The translations under genes were made by a program, and so were the position numbers. A stretch of DNA of 64,000 nucleotides. Origin: Candidatus Thalassarchaeum betae. GTDB taxonomy: Archaea; Thermoplasmatota; Poseidoniia; Poseidoniales; Thalassarchaeaceae. The stretch is taken from NCBI GenBank assembly GCA_003193925.1, contig PSPG01000004.1, forward strand, positions 51,720-115,719, written 5' to 3'. Shown here piece after piece: positions 19,739-29,096 of the stretch; the first letter of the stretch is position 1, and each line of letters starts with the position of its first letter. The notes beneath the pieces were generated by a model that was not told where the DNA came from, ran no database searches, and worked only from the letters and a program-made list of their open reading frames with translations.

Positions 19739-20231
19739 TAGAGTGGCAATAGTTGAGCGGGATGTCGTAGTTACCGTGCATTACACAGGAACCTTCGCTG
19801 ACTCTAACGAGGTGTTTGATACCAGTGATGGCAGACAGCCTCTCGGCTTCCTAGTCGGTCACGGTAACATGATTGAAGGATTCGAACGGGAGCTCATCGG
19901 GGCTGCCGTCGGGGAGACTAGGGAGTTTACACTGACACCAGACAAAGCGTATGGGGAGCGTGACGAGGACGCAATCCAGTCGGTTCCACGCGGACAGTTT
20001 CCCCCGGACCTACCTTTGAAGGTCGGTGAGGTTGTGGGGGCGCAGAGTGATCACGGGCCCGTCCAGTTCACTGTGACGGCCATTGACGACGACAACGTAA
20101 CTATTGATTTGAATCATCAAATGGCTGGGATGACCCTCAGATTCAGCGTCGAAGTCATTTCAATCCGACCAGCCCATCCAGAGGAGCTCGCTCACGGCCA
20201 CGCACATGGACCCGGGCAGCACCATCACTAG
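19716..20231 (+). CDS. FKBP-type peptidyl-prolyl cis-trans isomerase, SlyD-like, with a His-rich tail
   Basis: An FKBP domain (VTVHYTGTF…G…FDTS) carries an inserted flap and a C-terminal 'HGHAHGPGQHHH' metal-binding tail. Confidence 0.8.
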   Translation: MTTPSGGDRVAIVERDVVVTVHYTGTFADSNEVFDTSDGRQPLGFLVGHGNMIEGFERELIGAAVGETREFTLTPDKAYGERDEDAIQSVPRGQFPPDLPLKVGEVVGAQSDHGPVQFTVTAIDDDNVTIDLNHQMAGMTLRFSVEVISIRPAHPEELAHGHAHGPGQHHH

Positions 20232-20272
20232 CACATTGTTCATGGGCGAATCCCACCTCCCAAGAGCGAACG

Positions 20273-21868
20273 ATGCGCGAGAGTAGATCGAAAACTATGA
20301 GTGGGCTGCCAAGATCCGACGTGCCGACGTCTGATGGAGCCTTATCAGCGGGACATCCTGAGGAAGGGCACCCTCTGCCGGGTCAACCACCTTACACGCG
20401 GGGCATTCACGCTGAGATGTACAAGAGGAAACTCTGGACCATGCGCCAATACGCTGGCTACTCCACTGCTCAGGAGACGAACGAGAGATTCAGAATGCTC
20501 CTCGATGAGGGACAGACCGGGCTCTCGGTGGCATTTGACTTACCGACTCAATTGGGACTGGACTCCGACCACCTCAATTCACTAGGTGAAGTCGGAAAGG
20601 TCGGTGTTGCAATAGACACCATTGAAGACATGCGGGCGTTGTTCGATTCGATTGACCTAAGCGCGGTGTCCACCTCCATGACAATCAATGCACCTGCAAC
20701 CACTCTTCTCGCGATGTACGTGGCAGTTGCCGATGATCAGGGGGTGGAAAGGTCCGCGATCAGAGGCACCGTTCAGAATGACATCCTAAAGGAGTACATC
20801 GCACGAGGGCTGTACATTTATCCCCCGAGTCACTCAATGAGGCTGACAACCGATCTTATGGAATGGTGCAAGGACAATGCACCCAATTGGAACACTATCT
20901 CAGTTAGTGGTTATCATATGAGGGAAGCTGGATGCACTGCTGTTGAAGAAGTGGGGCTCACACTGTCAAATGCCCTGCAATATGCCCGAACGGCGATAGA
21001 TGCAGGTCTATTCATCGATGACTTCGCCCCCAGGATGTCCTTCTTCTTCAGTTCACATAACGACCTACTCGAGGAGGTGGCCAAGTTTCGAGCTGCTAGA
21101 GGTTTGTGGCACGAACTGGTTAATCGGGAGTTCAATCCCGAACACTCGAGATCCAGCCAATTAAGATTCCACACACAGACGGCTGGAGTCACCCTCACAG
21201 CCCAGCAACCCCTCAACAATGCTGTGAGAGTAGCATATCAGGCACTCGCAGCGGTGCTTGGTGGAACCCAGTCCCTGCACACCAACAGTTTCGACGAAGC
21301 TATCGGCCTGCCTACAGCAGAATCTGTTAAGATAGCTCTCCGCACACAACAGATCATCGCTGATGAGACCGGAGTCGCCGATTCTGTCGACCCCTTGGCG
21401 GGTTCGTATCTCGTTGAAGAGATGACCTCTAAGATTTTCTCCGAGGCAAGAATCCTGGTTGACGAAATCGACTCTCGCGGAGGTGCGTTGGAATGTGTGA
21501 AATCTGGGTATCAGCAGAAGATAATCCATGAGAGCGCGTGGACCCACTTGCAGGAGCTGGAGAGTGGGGGGCTCTCTGTGATAGGTATCAATGCCCATGT
21601 TGAGGAAGATAATGTTTCAAGCACTCATGGGCAGAAACTCGACACTGATGCTGTCAGAGAGCAACTGGAGTCATTGCAATCACTGAAGGACTCTAGGGAT
21701 ACCGAAAGCGTTCTCAAAGCTCTAGAACGCCTTAGGGAGGCATGCGAGGGAATGCAGAATGTCATGGACCCCCTGATTCATGCTGTGAAGGAAGGAGCGA
21801 CTGTCGGCGAGGTCAATGGGGTGATGAGAGAGGTTTTCGGGACATGGATGGCACCTAGTGGGGTGTGA
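20273..21868 (+). CDS. mcmA: Methylmalonyl-CoA mutase, large (catalytic, N-terminal domain) subunit
   Basis: 531 aa with strong similarity across the MCM TIM-barrel substrate-binding domain. It has no B12-binding domain, which is the typical archaeal split arrangement. Confidence 0.85.
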   Translation: MRESRSKTMSGLPRSDVPTSDGALSAGHPEEGHPLPGQPPYTRGIHAEMYKRKLWTMRQYAGYSTAQETNERFRMLLDEGQTGLSVAFDLPTQLGLDSDHLNSLGEVGKVGVAIDTIEDMRALFDSIDLSAVSTSMTINAPATTLLAMYVAVADDQGVERSAIRGTVQNDILKEYIARGLYIYPPSHSMRLTTDLMEWCKDNAPNWNTISVSGYHMREAGCTAVEEVGLTLSNALQYARTAIDAGLFIDDFAPRMSFFFSSHNDLLEEVAKFRAARGLWHELVNREFNPEHSRSSQLRFHTQTAGVTLTAQQPLNNAVRVAYQALAAVLGGTQSLHTNSFDEAIGLPTAESVKIALRTQQIIADETGVADSVDPLAGSYLVEEMTSKIFSEARILVDEIDSRGGALECVKSGYQQKIIHESAWTHLQELESGGLSVIGINAHVEEDNVSSTHGQKLDTDAVREQLESLQSLKDSRDTESVLKALERLREACEGMQNVMDPLIHAVKEGATVGEVNGVMREVFGTWMAPSGV

Positions 21869-22290
21869 TGATGAACGATATCACCATCGATCACGTCGGT
21901 ATTGCCACCAGCTCTCTGAGCAAGGCCTCTGGATTCTGGGAGATGCTGGGGTTCATCCGTAGCGGAGACCAACTAAATGAAAATCAAGGCGTTAGGATTC
22001 GGATGTTCGACTCGCCGCGAATTGACGCGAATAATACCAGCATAGAGCTGCTCGAGCCCATTGGTCCGGACTCGCCGATAGGGAGGTTCATCGCAAACAG
22101 GGGAGAGGGTATTCAGCAACTAGCGGTGCGAGTTCCTGACATCCGTGCGATGATTTCCAAACTCTCCGACTCGGGTGTGAGAATGATTAACGAGGAGCCT
22201 GTTCCAGGTGCTTCTGGATCAATAATCGCCTTCGTGCACCCATCTTCCACCGGGGGTGTACTCGTAGAACTCGTCGAACGCCCTGATTGA
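21865..22290 (+). CDS. Methylmalonyl-CoA epimerase (VOC/glyoxalase-fold)
   Basis: 141 aa. 'HVGIAT' and 'FVHPSSTGGVLVELVE' are typical of MCE. Its start overlaps the mutase stop. Confidence 0.8.
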   Translation: MMMNDITIDHVGIATSSLSKASGFWEMLGFIRSGDQLNENQGVRIRMFDSPRIDANNTSIELLEPIGPDSPIGRFIANRGEGIQQLAVRVPDIRAMISKLSDSGVRMINEEPVPGASGSIIAFVHPSSTGGVLVELVERPD

Positions 22291-22324
22291 CAAGCATCAA
22301 AAAGGGGACTGATTTCGGCGTGTC

Positions 22325-22627
22325 ATGCAAAGTTCACTCGAACGCCTCAATCAGGATGGGATTCTGACTTCCAAAGCGGTTTCACAAGAGGTCCGGTTCC
22401 TGTCTGAGACACTGGAGACTCTACTGGACTCGGGTGAGATTTCCACTGATGCCTATCTCGACGCGGGTACCATTCAGGGGGGGCTGTCAGTCTTGGCAAA
22501 CTTGATTGCTCAGGGCGTATCCGCTGAAGAAGCTCGTATCCAACTCCAACAACTGAGAGTCAGGGCCGAGAACATCAACTCGAATTACCCTGAACTCGAT
22601 GGCAAGATCGAGGGAATTCGTCATTAG
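22325..22627 (+). CDS. Hypothetical 100-aa protein
   Basis: ORF with protein-like composition and no recognisable family. Confidence 0.35.
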   Translation: MQSSLERLNQDGILTSKAVSQEVRFLSETLETLLDSGEISTDAYLDAGTIQGGLSVLANLIAQGVSAEEARIQLQQLRVRAENINSNYPELDGKIEGIRH

Positions 22628-22684
22628 TATTACCCCAGTAATACTTAGCGAATACTTATCAATAACGTCACCGGCCGCATATGC

Positions 22685-22867
22685 GTGCCTAAGGTCAGTT
22701 TTGACATACCCAACGAATTGCTCGAAGACCTGCGCCTCCACGTCGGCGATGACAAGAAGTTCGTGTCGCTGGCCGACGCAGTTAGAACCGCTTGCAGGAA
22801 GCTCCTCGATCAACTGGATGCGATCGATGAGATGCATGGCAGAATTCGGAGGAAATCTGATGAGTGA
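22685..22867 (+). CDS. Small ribbon-helix-helix (CopG/Arc/MetJ-like) DNA-binding protein
   Basis: 60 aa. 'PKVSFDIPNELLEDLRLHV…FVSLADAVRTACRKLL' fits the RHH beta-alpha-alpha pattern. Its stop overlaps the folE start by 8 nt. Confidence 0.5.
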   Translation: MPKVSFDIPNELLEDLRLHVGDDKKFVSLADAVRTACRKLLDQLDAIDEMHGRIRRKSDE

Positions 22868-23447
22868 TGCTCCAAGCAGGGAACAGGCCGTTTCGGCCGT
22901 TGACACCCTGGTCAGGTACATCGAGTCTGCAAACGGTGAACTGAGGGAAGGGCTTGCTAGTACCCCGGAGAGAGTCATCGAGTCGTTCGATGAAATCTAC
23001 TCGGGTTATTCTGGCGATGCCAAATCGATACTCGATGCCACATTCAACTCCGAGGGCTATGATGGAATCGTCCTACTGAGGGACATCGAGTTCCATTCGG
23101 TTTGCGAACACCACCTGCTACCATTCACAGGCAAGGCCCACATAGCCTACATCCCAACAGACAGGATTGTCGGAATCAGTAAACTTGCACGGCTGCTCGA
23201 CTTGCATTCCAGCAAGTTGCAGAATCAGGAAAGGCTGACCAAGGGCATCGCGGATGACATCGAGTCGATACTGGCCCCCCTTGGATGCGCGGTGATACTC
23301 GAGGCTACCCATAATTGCATGCAATGCAGGGGAGTCTCTAAGCAGAATGCTGTGATGATTACCAGCGCGATCCGCGGTGCATTCTTTGACAAGCAAGAGG
23401 CTCGAGGTGAACTGCTGCAACTCATCAACATCCAGTCGGACAAGTGA
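22860..23447 (+). CDS. folE: GTP cyclohydrolase I (FolE)
   Basis: 'FHSVCEHHLLPFTGKAHIAYIP' is the zinc-binding CEHH motif region of GCH1. Start placed at the ATG at 22860, which has a GGAGG 7 nt upstream. Confidence 0.85.
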   Translation: MSDAPSREQAVSAVDTLVRYIESANGELREGLASTPERVIESFDEIYSGYSGDAKSILDATFNSEGYDGIVLLRDIEFHSVCEHHLLPFTGKAHIAYIPTDRIVGISKLARLLDLHSSKLQNQERLTKGIADDIESILAPLGCAVILEATHNCMQCRGVSKQNAVMITSAIRGAFFDKQEARGELLQLINIQSDK

Positions 23448-23451
23448 TTCG

Positions 23452-24081
23452 ATGGTACTACTGCCCACCGGTTCTGACCTCGAACAGGTCTTCCCGATAG
23501 TGGAGATCTTTCACAGCATACAGGGAGAGGGTCACAACACCGGGATGTCCTCGGTGTTCATCCGATTCGGTAGGTGCAACCTCAGGTGCCCTTGGTGCGA
23601 TACCGAGTTCGACGAGTGGGAGGACATGACGCTGGGCCAGATCATCAACGAGATCAGCAAGTTCGATTGCGACAGGATCATCCTGACCGGAGGCGAGCCG
23701 GCTCTGCAGGATCTACCAACCCTGTGCGGAGCCCTGGGGGGCATTGGCTACTACATCAGCATCGAGACAAACGGGACTGTCGCGCTGCCCAGCGGCATCA
23801 TCGACTGGATATGCGTCAGCCCGAAGGACCAGGAATACCCGGATGTGGCCATCAGGCAGAGGACCGGGAACGAGTTGAAGGTCGTTAACCTCGGTCAAGA
23901 CCTGTCTATGTACGACGACCTCAAAGGAGGCTTCGACCACCTATATCTGCAGCCCTGCTATGACGAGGGGCAAAGTGTGGAGTGGAACGGGCTCAACTTC
24001 CACGATACTTTCGAGCAGGTACGATCGAGGCCCGAGTGGAGGCTCTCGCTCCAGTCTCACAAATGGATGTGCGTGGAATGA
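23452..24081 (+). CDS. queE: 7-carboxy-7-deazaguanine synthase (QueE, radical SAM)
   Basis: 'VFIRFGRCNLRCPWCDT' is the QueE-type Cx14CxxC cluster motif. Start placed at the ATG at 23452, 4 nt after the folE stop. Confidence 0.8.
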   Translation: MVLLPTGSDLEQVFPIVEIFHSIQGEGHNTGMSSVFIRFGRCNLRCPWCDTEFDEWEDMTLGQIINEISKFDCDRIILTGGEPALQDLPTLCGALGGIGYYISIETNGTVALPSGIIDWICVSPKDQEYPDVAIRQRTGNELKVVNLGQDLSMYDDLKGGFDHLYLQPCYDEGQSVEWNGLNFHDTFEQVRSRPEWRLSLQSHKWMCVE

Positions 24082-24860
24082 GCAGGGTGGTAATGGCGTT
24101 CAGCGGAGGCATGGACTCGACAGCTCTTCTACTGAGGATGCTGGCAAGAAGGAGTGAAGTCACCTGCATCTCGTACGACTACGGGCAGAAGCACATATTG
24201 GAGTTGCAGAGGGCGGCTGCGAACATCGAATACCTACAATCCAAGGGTTACGAGGTCGAGCACCACGTTGCTGACCTATCCAGCGCCATGGCGCTGTTCG
24301 ACTCGGCCCTCACTGACTCTCAAATCTCCGTGCCTGAAGGCCATTACGAGGAAGAGCAGATGAAGCAGACCGTGGTGCCCAACAGAAATGCCATCTTCTC
24401 CTCGATCCTCTACGGCTACGCGCTCTCTGTCTCATCGAAGGAGGACGTGGATGTCTCCGTGGCTCTAGGGGTGCACTCCGGGGACCACGCAATCTACCCT
24501 GACTGCAGGCCGGAGTTCTACGATGCCCTGATGCAGGCTTTCAAGGCTGGAAACTGGGACTCTCATAGAGTGACGATGGATCTGCCATATGTGGATGGGG
24601 ACAAGGAGAGTATCCTCAGAGATGCGATGGTTTCGTGCGATAGTCTCGGAGTTGACTTCGACACCGTCTTCCGGAACACCAACACCTCTTACAGCCCGGA
24701 TCAATTGGGGCGCAGCTCGGGCAGAACTGGGGCCGATGTGGAGAGGATACTGGCATTCCATGCCATAGGCCGCAAAGACCCCGTCGAATATGTAGTGGAC
24801 TGGAGTACGGTGCTTGAGCGCGCGCTAGCCATAGAGAAGGAATACGAGGCGGCAATATGA
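24078..24860 (+). CDS. queC: 7-cyano-7-deazaguanine synthase (QueC)
   Basis: 'VVMAFSGGMDSTALL' is the PP-loop SGGxDS motif and a C-terminal zinc-binding cysteine region is present. ATGA start/stop overlap with queE. Confidence 0.85.
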   Translation: MSRVVMAFSGGMDSTALLLRMLARRSEVTCISYDYGQKHILELQRAAANIEYLQSKGYEVEHHVADLSSAMALFDSALTDSQISVPEGHYEEEQMKQTVVPNRNAIFSSILYGYALSVSSKEDVDVSVALGVHSGDHAIYPDCRPEFYDALMQAFKAGNWDSHRVTMDLPYVDGDKESILRDAMVSCDSLGVDFDTVFRNTNTSYSPDQLGRSSGRTGADVERILAFHAIGRKDPVEYVVDWSTVLERALAIEKEYEAAI

Positions 24861-25276
24861 CGGGCTCCCGACCGAGATTCAACCACGACAGAGATCCTGT
24901 CTGGAGGTCTGACCTCACACAACTCCAGTACCACGTTACCAGGGAGGCAGGCACTGAGATGCCGAACTCGGGCATTTACAACATGGAGGAGAGGGACGGT
25001 TCCTACTACTGCATCTGCTGCGGACACATACTCTTCACTGCGGAGATGAAATACCACTCGGGGTGCGGCTGGCCCGCCTTCCACACCGAGCACGCTGACG
25101 CTGGCATACGCAGGATCGAGGACAATAGCCAGGGTAGGAAGCGGACAGAGGTCAGGTGCAGTTCATGCGACGCCCACCTCGGTCACGTGTTTAATGACGG
25201 GCCCAATCAGTTCGGCGGCGAGAGGTACTGCATCAACTCGGCCAGTATGGACTTCGTAGCGGAGGGAGGCGCATGA
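24857..25276 (+). CDS. msrB: Peptide methionine sulfoxide reductase MsrB
   Basis: Two CxxC zinc motifs, 'GCGWPAF', and the catalytic 'RTEVRCSSCDAHLGHVFNDGP' are present. ATGA overlap with the queC stop. Confidence 0.85.
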   Translation: MTGSRPRFNHDRDPVWRSDLTQLQYHVTREAGTEMPNSGIYNMEERDGSYYCICCGHILFTAEMKYHSGCGWPAFHTEHADAGIRRIEDNSQGRKRTEVRCSSCDAHLGHVFNDGPNQFGGERYCINSASMDFVAEGGA

Positions 25277-25722
25277 GTACATCAATCCGGAGGTGGGTAG
25301 AGACAGACACCGGCCACAGGGTTCCCAACCACAGGAGCAAGTGCCGGAACCTGCACGGCCACAGGTACAGATGGGAGGCAGAGCTCGAAGGGGAAGTGGT
25401 GACCCGGGAAGGCGTTTCCGAAGAGGGAATGCTGATCGACTTCGGAGACGTCTCGGAGATACTGGAGGAGCAGATCCACGATGTCGTCGATCACGCATTC
25501 ATCGTCTATGAGGGTGATGCCGAGGCCATGCAGGCGTTGTCAGTCATGGGCGATGACCACAAGACTCTGGTAGTGCCGTTCGTCCCTACGGCCGAGAACC
25601 TCGCCAAGTGGGCATTCTCAGTAGTCGAGTCGCACATCACAACTGCCTATGGCAATGATTTGAGGCTGGTAGCCTTCCACGTCAGGGAGACTCCCAAGTC
25701 CTGTGCCAGTTGGCGTCTCTAA
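25273..25722 (+). CDS. queD: 6-carboxy-5,6,7,8-tetrahydropterin synthase (QueD)
   Basis: 'CRNLHGHRY' is the C-x-x-H-G-H zinc/catalytic motif of QueD/PTPS. ATGA overlap with msrB. Confidence 0.8.
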   Translation: MSTSIRRWVETDTGHRVPNHRSKCRNLHGHRYRWEAELEGEVVTREGVSEEGMLIDFGDVSEILEEQIHDVVDHAFIVYEGDAEAMQALSVMGDDHKTLVVPFVPTAENLAKWAFSVVESHITTAYGNDLRLVAFHVRETPKSCASWRL

Positions 25723-25739
25723 TTCGCCAAACTCAGTCC

Positions 25740-26489
25740 TTAGGGACTGTTCTGCTCGAAGGCAACGGTAGCAGCCGAGATGACCCCGAGGATCCTGTGG
25801 GCCTCGTCATCTGAAGGCAGGCCACGTAACATCACCCTAGACAGTGTCTCCTCGATGCCCTGGCGCCTGTGATCCCGGGTCGGCATGGTTCTGGCCAACT
25901 TGGAAATCTCCTCCTTCAGCCGCATACGCAGTTCGGGGCTCAGCAACGTGTGATCGGCTGGCTCTGAATCTGGGGCCTTGTACCACTCATAGCAGAGAAT
26001 TGCTACTGCATGGCTGAGATTGAGTATCGGGTACCCCTCCCACGTAGGCACTGACACCAGTAGATCGCAGATGTTCAGCTCCTCGTTCAACAGGCCCTTG
26101 CCCTCGGGGCCGAACACCAGGGCAATCCTAGAATCCGTATCCTTCACTCTGGAAGCAAGGTCTTCAGGATTCAAGAAGTGCCGGAAGGCCGTCTTGTCTC
26201 CGGATTCTCTCTTACCAGATGTCCCGACTACCAGTGAGCAGTCACTGGAGGCGTCCCCTATGGCATCGAACGAGGTTGCACCATCGAGGACCCATTGTGC
26301 GTGCTTCGCACGATTCCGGGTTTCCTCGGACCACTCAATGCCTCCGCCCACAACCCTGAGATCTGAGATTCCGAAGTTCGCCATAACTCTCGCTACCGCG
26401 CCGATGTTGCCGTCGTTCTCCGGCCTCACCAATACTACGCAGACGCGTTGGGATATACTTGGCAGGGGGGCTTCCTGATGATCTCCCAC
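25740..26489 (-). CDS. SpoU/TrmH-class (SPOUT) RNA 2'-O-methyltransferase
   Basis: 'VVLVRPENDGNIGAVARVMANFG' and the C-terminal SPOUT knot region are present. It lies downstream of the ribosomal-protein genes on the same strand. Confidence 0.75.
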   Translation of the reverse strand: MGDHQEAPLPSISQRVCVVLVRPENDGNIGAVARVMANFGISDLRVVGGGIEWSEETRNRAKHAQWVLDGATSFDAIGDASSDCSLVVGTSGKRESGDKTAFRHFLNPEDLASRVKDTDSRIALVFGPEGKGLLNEELNICDLLVSVPTWEGYPILNLSHAVAILCYEWYKAPDSEPADHTLLSPELRMRLKEEISKLARTMPTRDHRRQGIEETLSRVMLRGLPSDDEAHRILGVISAATVAFEQNSP

Positions 26490-26526
26490 GACTGTCGCAG
26501 GCAGTCATCTCACAAGAGCATGGCAG

Positions 26527-26739
26527 TCAGTCTGTCCGACGCTGCGTGTAGGTGGTGATGTAGCCTGCAATCCAGTTCCTCATCCTCTTGTTCTTCAGAT
26601 TTCCTTCCTCGTCAGCGAGGTCAGTGAATTGTTCGACCAACTTCTTGTTCGTATCGAAGTCATCAGTGAACATATCTGGATAGATTTCTACGAGCCGTAG
26701 GGCCCTAATTTTGATGAAGGAAGGACGTATGTTACCCAT
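26527..26739 (-). CDS. rps17e: 30S ribosomal protein S17e
   Basis: '[37 protein letters not shown]…NWIAGYIT' matches the S17e consensus closely. Confidence 0.85.
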   Translation of the reverse strand: MGNIRPSFIKIRALRLVEIYPDMFTDDFDTNKKLVEQFTDLADEEGNLKNKRMRNWIAGYITTYTQRRTD

Positions 26740-26740
26740 T

Positions 26741-27004
26741 TCAGGCCTCCAGTAACTTTACTTCAATCGGGAATCCCTCTTCACGCGTGCAGACTACCTT
26801 GATTTTACGCGGCGGATGTTGCATGCCACGGGCCCAGATAGCGTGATTGATCGCCTCGTCGATCCACAGGTCCTCGTCATCACTCATCTTCATATGCCGG
26901 GCTACGTGCTTGCGTATCTCGGCCATGGCTCTGTTAGCCCTCCGAGTGCGAGGGACGGTCCATGCAGCACGCAATGGGATGGTCATCTCCTTCACCTCAG
27001 CCAT
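26741..27004 (-). CDS. rpl31e: 50S ribosomal protein L31e
   Basis: '[31 protein letters not shown]…[22 protein letters not shown]' matches the L31e consensus. Confidence 0.85.
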   Translation of the reverse strand: MAEVKEMTIPLRAAWTVPRTRRANRAMAEIRKHVARHMKMSDDEDLWIDEAINHAIWARGMQHPPRKIKVVCTREEGFPIEVKLLEA

Positions 27005-27008
27005 GCAA

Positions 27009-27164
27009 TCACCTCTGCAGTTTGGAACGGCGCCACATGTGACGCTTGGGGTGAGTATTCACTCTGCGGTTGGTGCGTAGCATCACCCAGACCGGGACAC
27101 GGCGGTTCTGCTTAGTGACCTTGAGAAGTCTCTGCTTCTTTGCGAACGGTTTGTTACTAGACAT
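27009..27164 (-). CDS. rpl39e: 50S ribosomal protein L39e
   Basis: Manual translation gives the 51-aa product [51 protein letters not shown], a clear L39e. It is absent from the ORF track because it is under 60 aa. A GGTGA Shine-Dalgarno-like sequence lies upstream and the gene is tightly packed between the S19e and L31e genes. Confidence 0.8.
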   Translation of the reverse strand: MSSNKPFAKKQRLLKVTKQNRRVPVWVMLRTNRRVNTHPKRHMWRRSKLQR

Positions 27165-27173
27165 GCAATCACC

Positions 27174-27644
27174 TCAATATCCCGAGAGACCGGGATACCT
27201 CTCCTCGGCAGCATCACGGACTGAGTGAGCCATCTCGTCAAGCAGTGCCTGTCCAGATGGAGTCAGTACGCGTCCCAAGTTCACCGTACCTGCCAGATTG
27301 TACTTGCTTGAAATCAAGCCGCATTGGGAAAGCTGCCGTAGAATGGTCCTAGCGATGTTTCGAGAACCGGAGACAGCACGATTCTGCTTGACACCCCGAT
27401 CCTTCGACCCGCCGAACTGCTGTGCCATGTGATTGGCACCGATAGGCCCCATCAAAGCGACCTTTCTCAGGACCGCAGCGGAACGAACGTACCACCAGTC
27501 CTGCTGAACAGGGGGCCTCTCACGATGCGCTCCGGTCTTGGCGTAATCCGCCCAATCCGGTGGCGAGATGGTGTCCAGTGACTGCAGCCGGCCGGCAAGT
27601 CCGTGAATGAGCAAATCGGCAGGAACGTCGTGCAACGTGGTCAT
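27174..27644 (-). CDS. rps19e: 30S ribosomal protein S19e
   Basis: 'PPDWADYAKTGAHRERPP…WYVRSAAVLRKVALMGPIG…GGSKDRG' is the S19e consensus. Confidence 0.85.
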   Translation of the reverse strand: MTTLHDVPADLLIHGLAGRLQSLDTISPPDWADYAKTGAHRERPPVQQDWWYVRSAAVLRKVALMGPIGANHMAQQFGGSKDRGVKQNRAVSGSRNIARTILRQLSQCGLISSKYNLAGTVNLGRVLTPSGQALLDEMAHSVRDAAEERYPGLSGY

Positions 27645-27689
27645 GCGGTCACCAATACGGGCCGGTCGTCCTAGAGACCATATTTAATC

Positions 27690-28592
27690 GTGGTGACAGC
27701 ATTATTGCCACTATGTGGCAGGATCGAGTACAAGGGGGTTGCTACAAGAATTGAAAACTCCGTGGCCACTCGAGCGGTCATGAGAAAGTCCTTGTCCCGG
27801 AATCCCAACATGATGAGGACCATGATTGGAATCGGTCTGGTGCTGATACTCGTATTGTCGTATGCCGTCTACTCCAACACCCTGGACTCGGAATACTACG
27901 GGTACACCACTACTAATGAGGAGGTTGAGTTGGACATGCAGGAGACCGAGGAAGGGAGTGCTGAGTGGTACTCAACAACCATATCCGCAATCACTTGGAT
28001 CAATGTCTCAGTATCTGGGGCTCCTGAGGGCTCGTCCATCCAAGTTGAGGCATTTGGAACGGAATGGTACTATTCACCACTATTGGGCTCTCCCGGGGCT
28101 GAGAACTTTAACTGCAGGCATTCATTATCCGCAGACAGCGGACAAGTGTCAGAGTCATGCGAACTCGCGGTACTTCACGAGAAGATCTCGGAAGGTGGCG
28201 AGGACAGGATGTTGGGACTAGTACTGAACGAACTACCCATAGGCGGCCTTGGATACCTGCATAGCGACGATTCCACCTCGGCAGAGGTGCAGGCCCGGGA
28301 GTTGATAGAGAGGAGCGAGGTCATCGTCACGTGGAGAGTGAAGGTGCTTGAGGATGGAGAGCCTGTCGCTTCGGAAGGAGTCGAATTGAGTGTCAGCGTC
28401 GTGACTCACGAATTGGTTTCAGTCCACGAGTTCAAGCTAGACCCTGTTCAAGAATCGGTGTACAGTCTCGCTACATTGGTGGGTTGTTTCTCCCTGCTCC
28501 TCATCATCCCACTCACGGTTTACTTCTCAGTAGTATACAAGACCAAGAAAGACGAGCGCGTAAGGCTGGAGACGCCCGAAGTCAAAGGCTGA
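27690..28592 (+). CDS. Hypothetical membrane-anchored protein (N-terminal TM, acidic extracytoplasmic domain, C-terminal TM)
   Basis: 300-aa ORF with predicted TM segments near both ends and no recognised family. The true start may be the internal Met around 27780. Confidence 0.45.
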   Translation: MVTALLPLCGRIEYKGVATRIENSVATRAVMRKSLSRNPNMMRTMIGIGLVLILVLSYAVYSNTLDSEYYGYTTTNEEVELDMQETEEGSAEWYSTTISAITWINVSVSGAPEGSSIQVEAFGTEWYYSPLLGSPGAENFNCRHSLSADSGQVSESCELAVLHEKISEGGEDRMLGLVLNELPIGGLGYLHSDDSTSAEVQARELIERSEVIVTWRVKVLEDGEPVASEGVELSVSVVTHELVSVHEFKLDPVQESVYSLATLVGCFSLLLIIPLTVYFSVVYKTKKDERVRLETPEVKG

Positions 28593-29096
28593 TCACTCTT
28601 CTTCGGGATCCAACTCTAGTTTCTCATTCGGTGGCTCCAGAACTCCTGTCGGATCGAATCTAGCGGAGACGTTCCACTCATTGGATAGGGGGGACTGTCT
28701 GATGACAGCCAGTCCCAAGGAGTAGAATTTGGCTATCGAAGCACGGACCCTCTCCTCGACGGGTGCTATCCTCTCATGGAAAGTCGAATCCATCAGACTG
28801 CAGATCGTGGAGAAATCGTTGCTCCCATCCATCAACTCCCAAAGCATTGAGTTCATGTCATCCAACGGCCTCCTGAGCTCCTTCGGCCCCCTGAGAATAC
28901 TGGCCAAAATAGCTTCGAGGCCACTGAGTGTCTTGGGATGTCTGATAACGATCTGCTTACCGGTCACCCCCTTCACATCAGGGTGTGGACCGACTACCCC
29001 ACGCCGTCCCCACCACACCGGGACTCGTGTGGGAAAAACGTCGCCGGAGAAACGCATTAGAAGAACACCCAGAATACTAGTGTCACCATAGAGCAT
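28593..29096 (-). CDS. PqqD-like / RiPP-recognition-element (RRE)-like domain protein
   Basis: '…LDDMNSMLWELMDGSNDFSTICSLMDSTF…APVEERVRASIAKFYSLGLAV' fits the PqqD pattern LN.ta..IW.llDG..t..eI...l…y.v..e.a..dv..Fl..L...GL. No RiPP enzyme gene is adjacent. Confidence 0.4.
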   Translation of the reverse strand: MLYGDTSILGVLLMRFSGDVFPTRVPVWWGRRGVVGPHPDVKGVTGKQIVIRHPKTLSGLEAILASILRGPKELRRPLDDMNSMLWELMDGSNDFSTICSLMDSTFHERIAPVEERVRASIAKFYSLGLAVIRQSPLSNEWNVSARFDPTGVLEPPNEKLELDPEEE

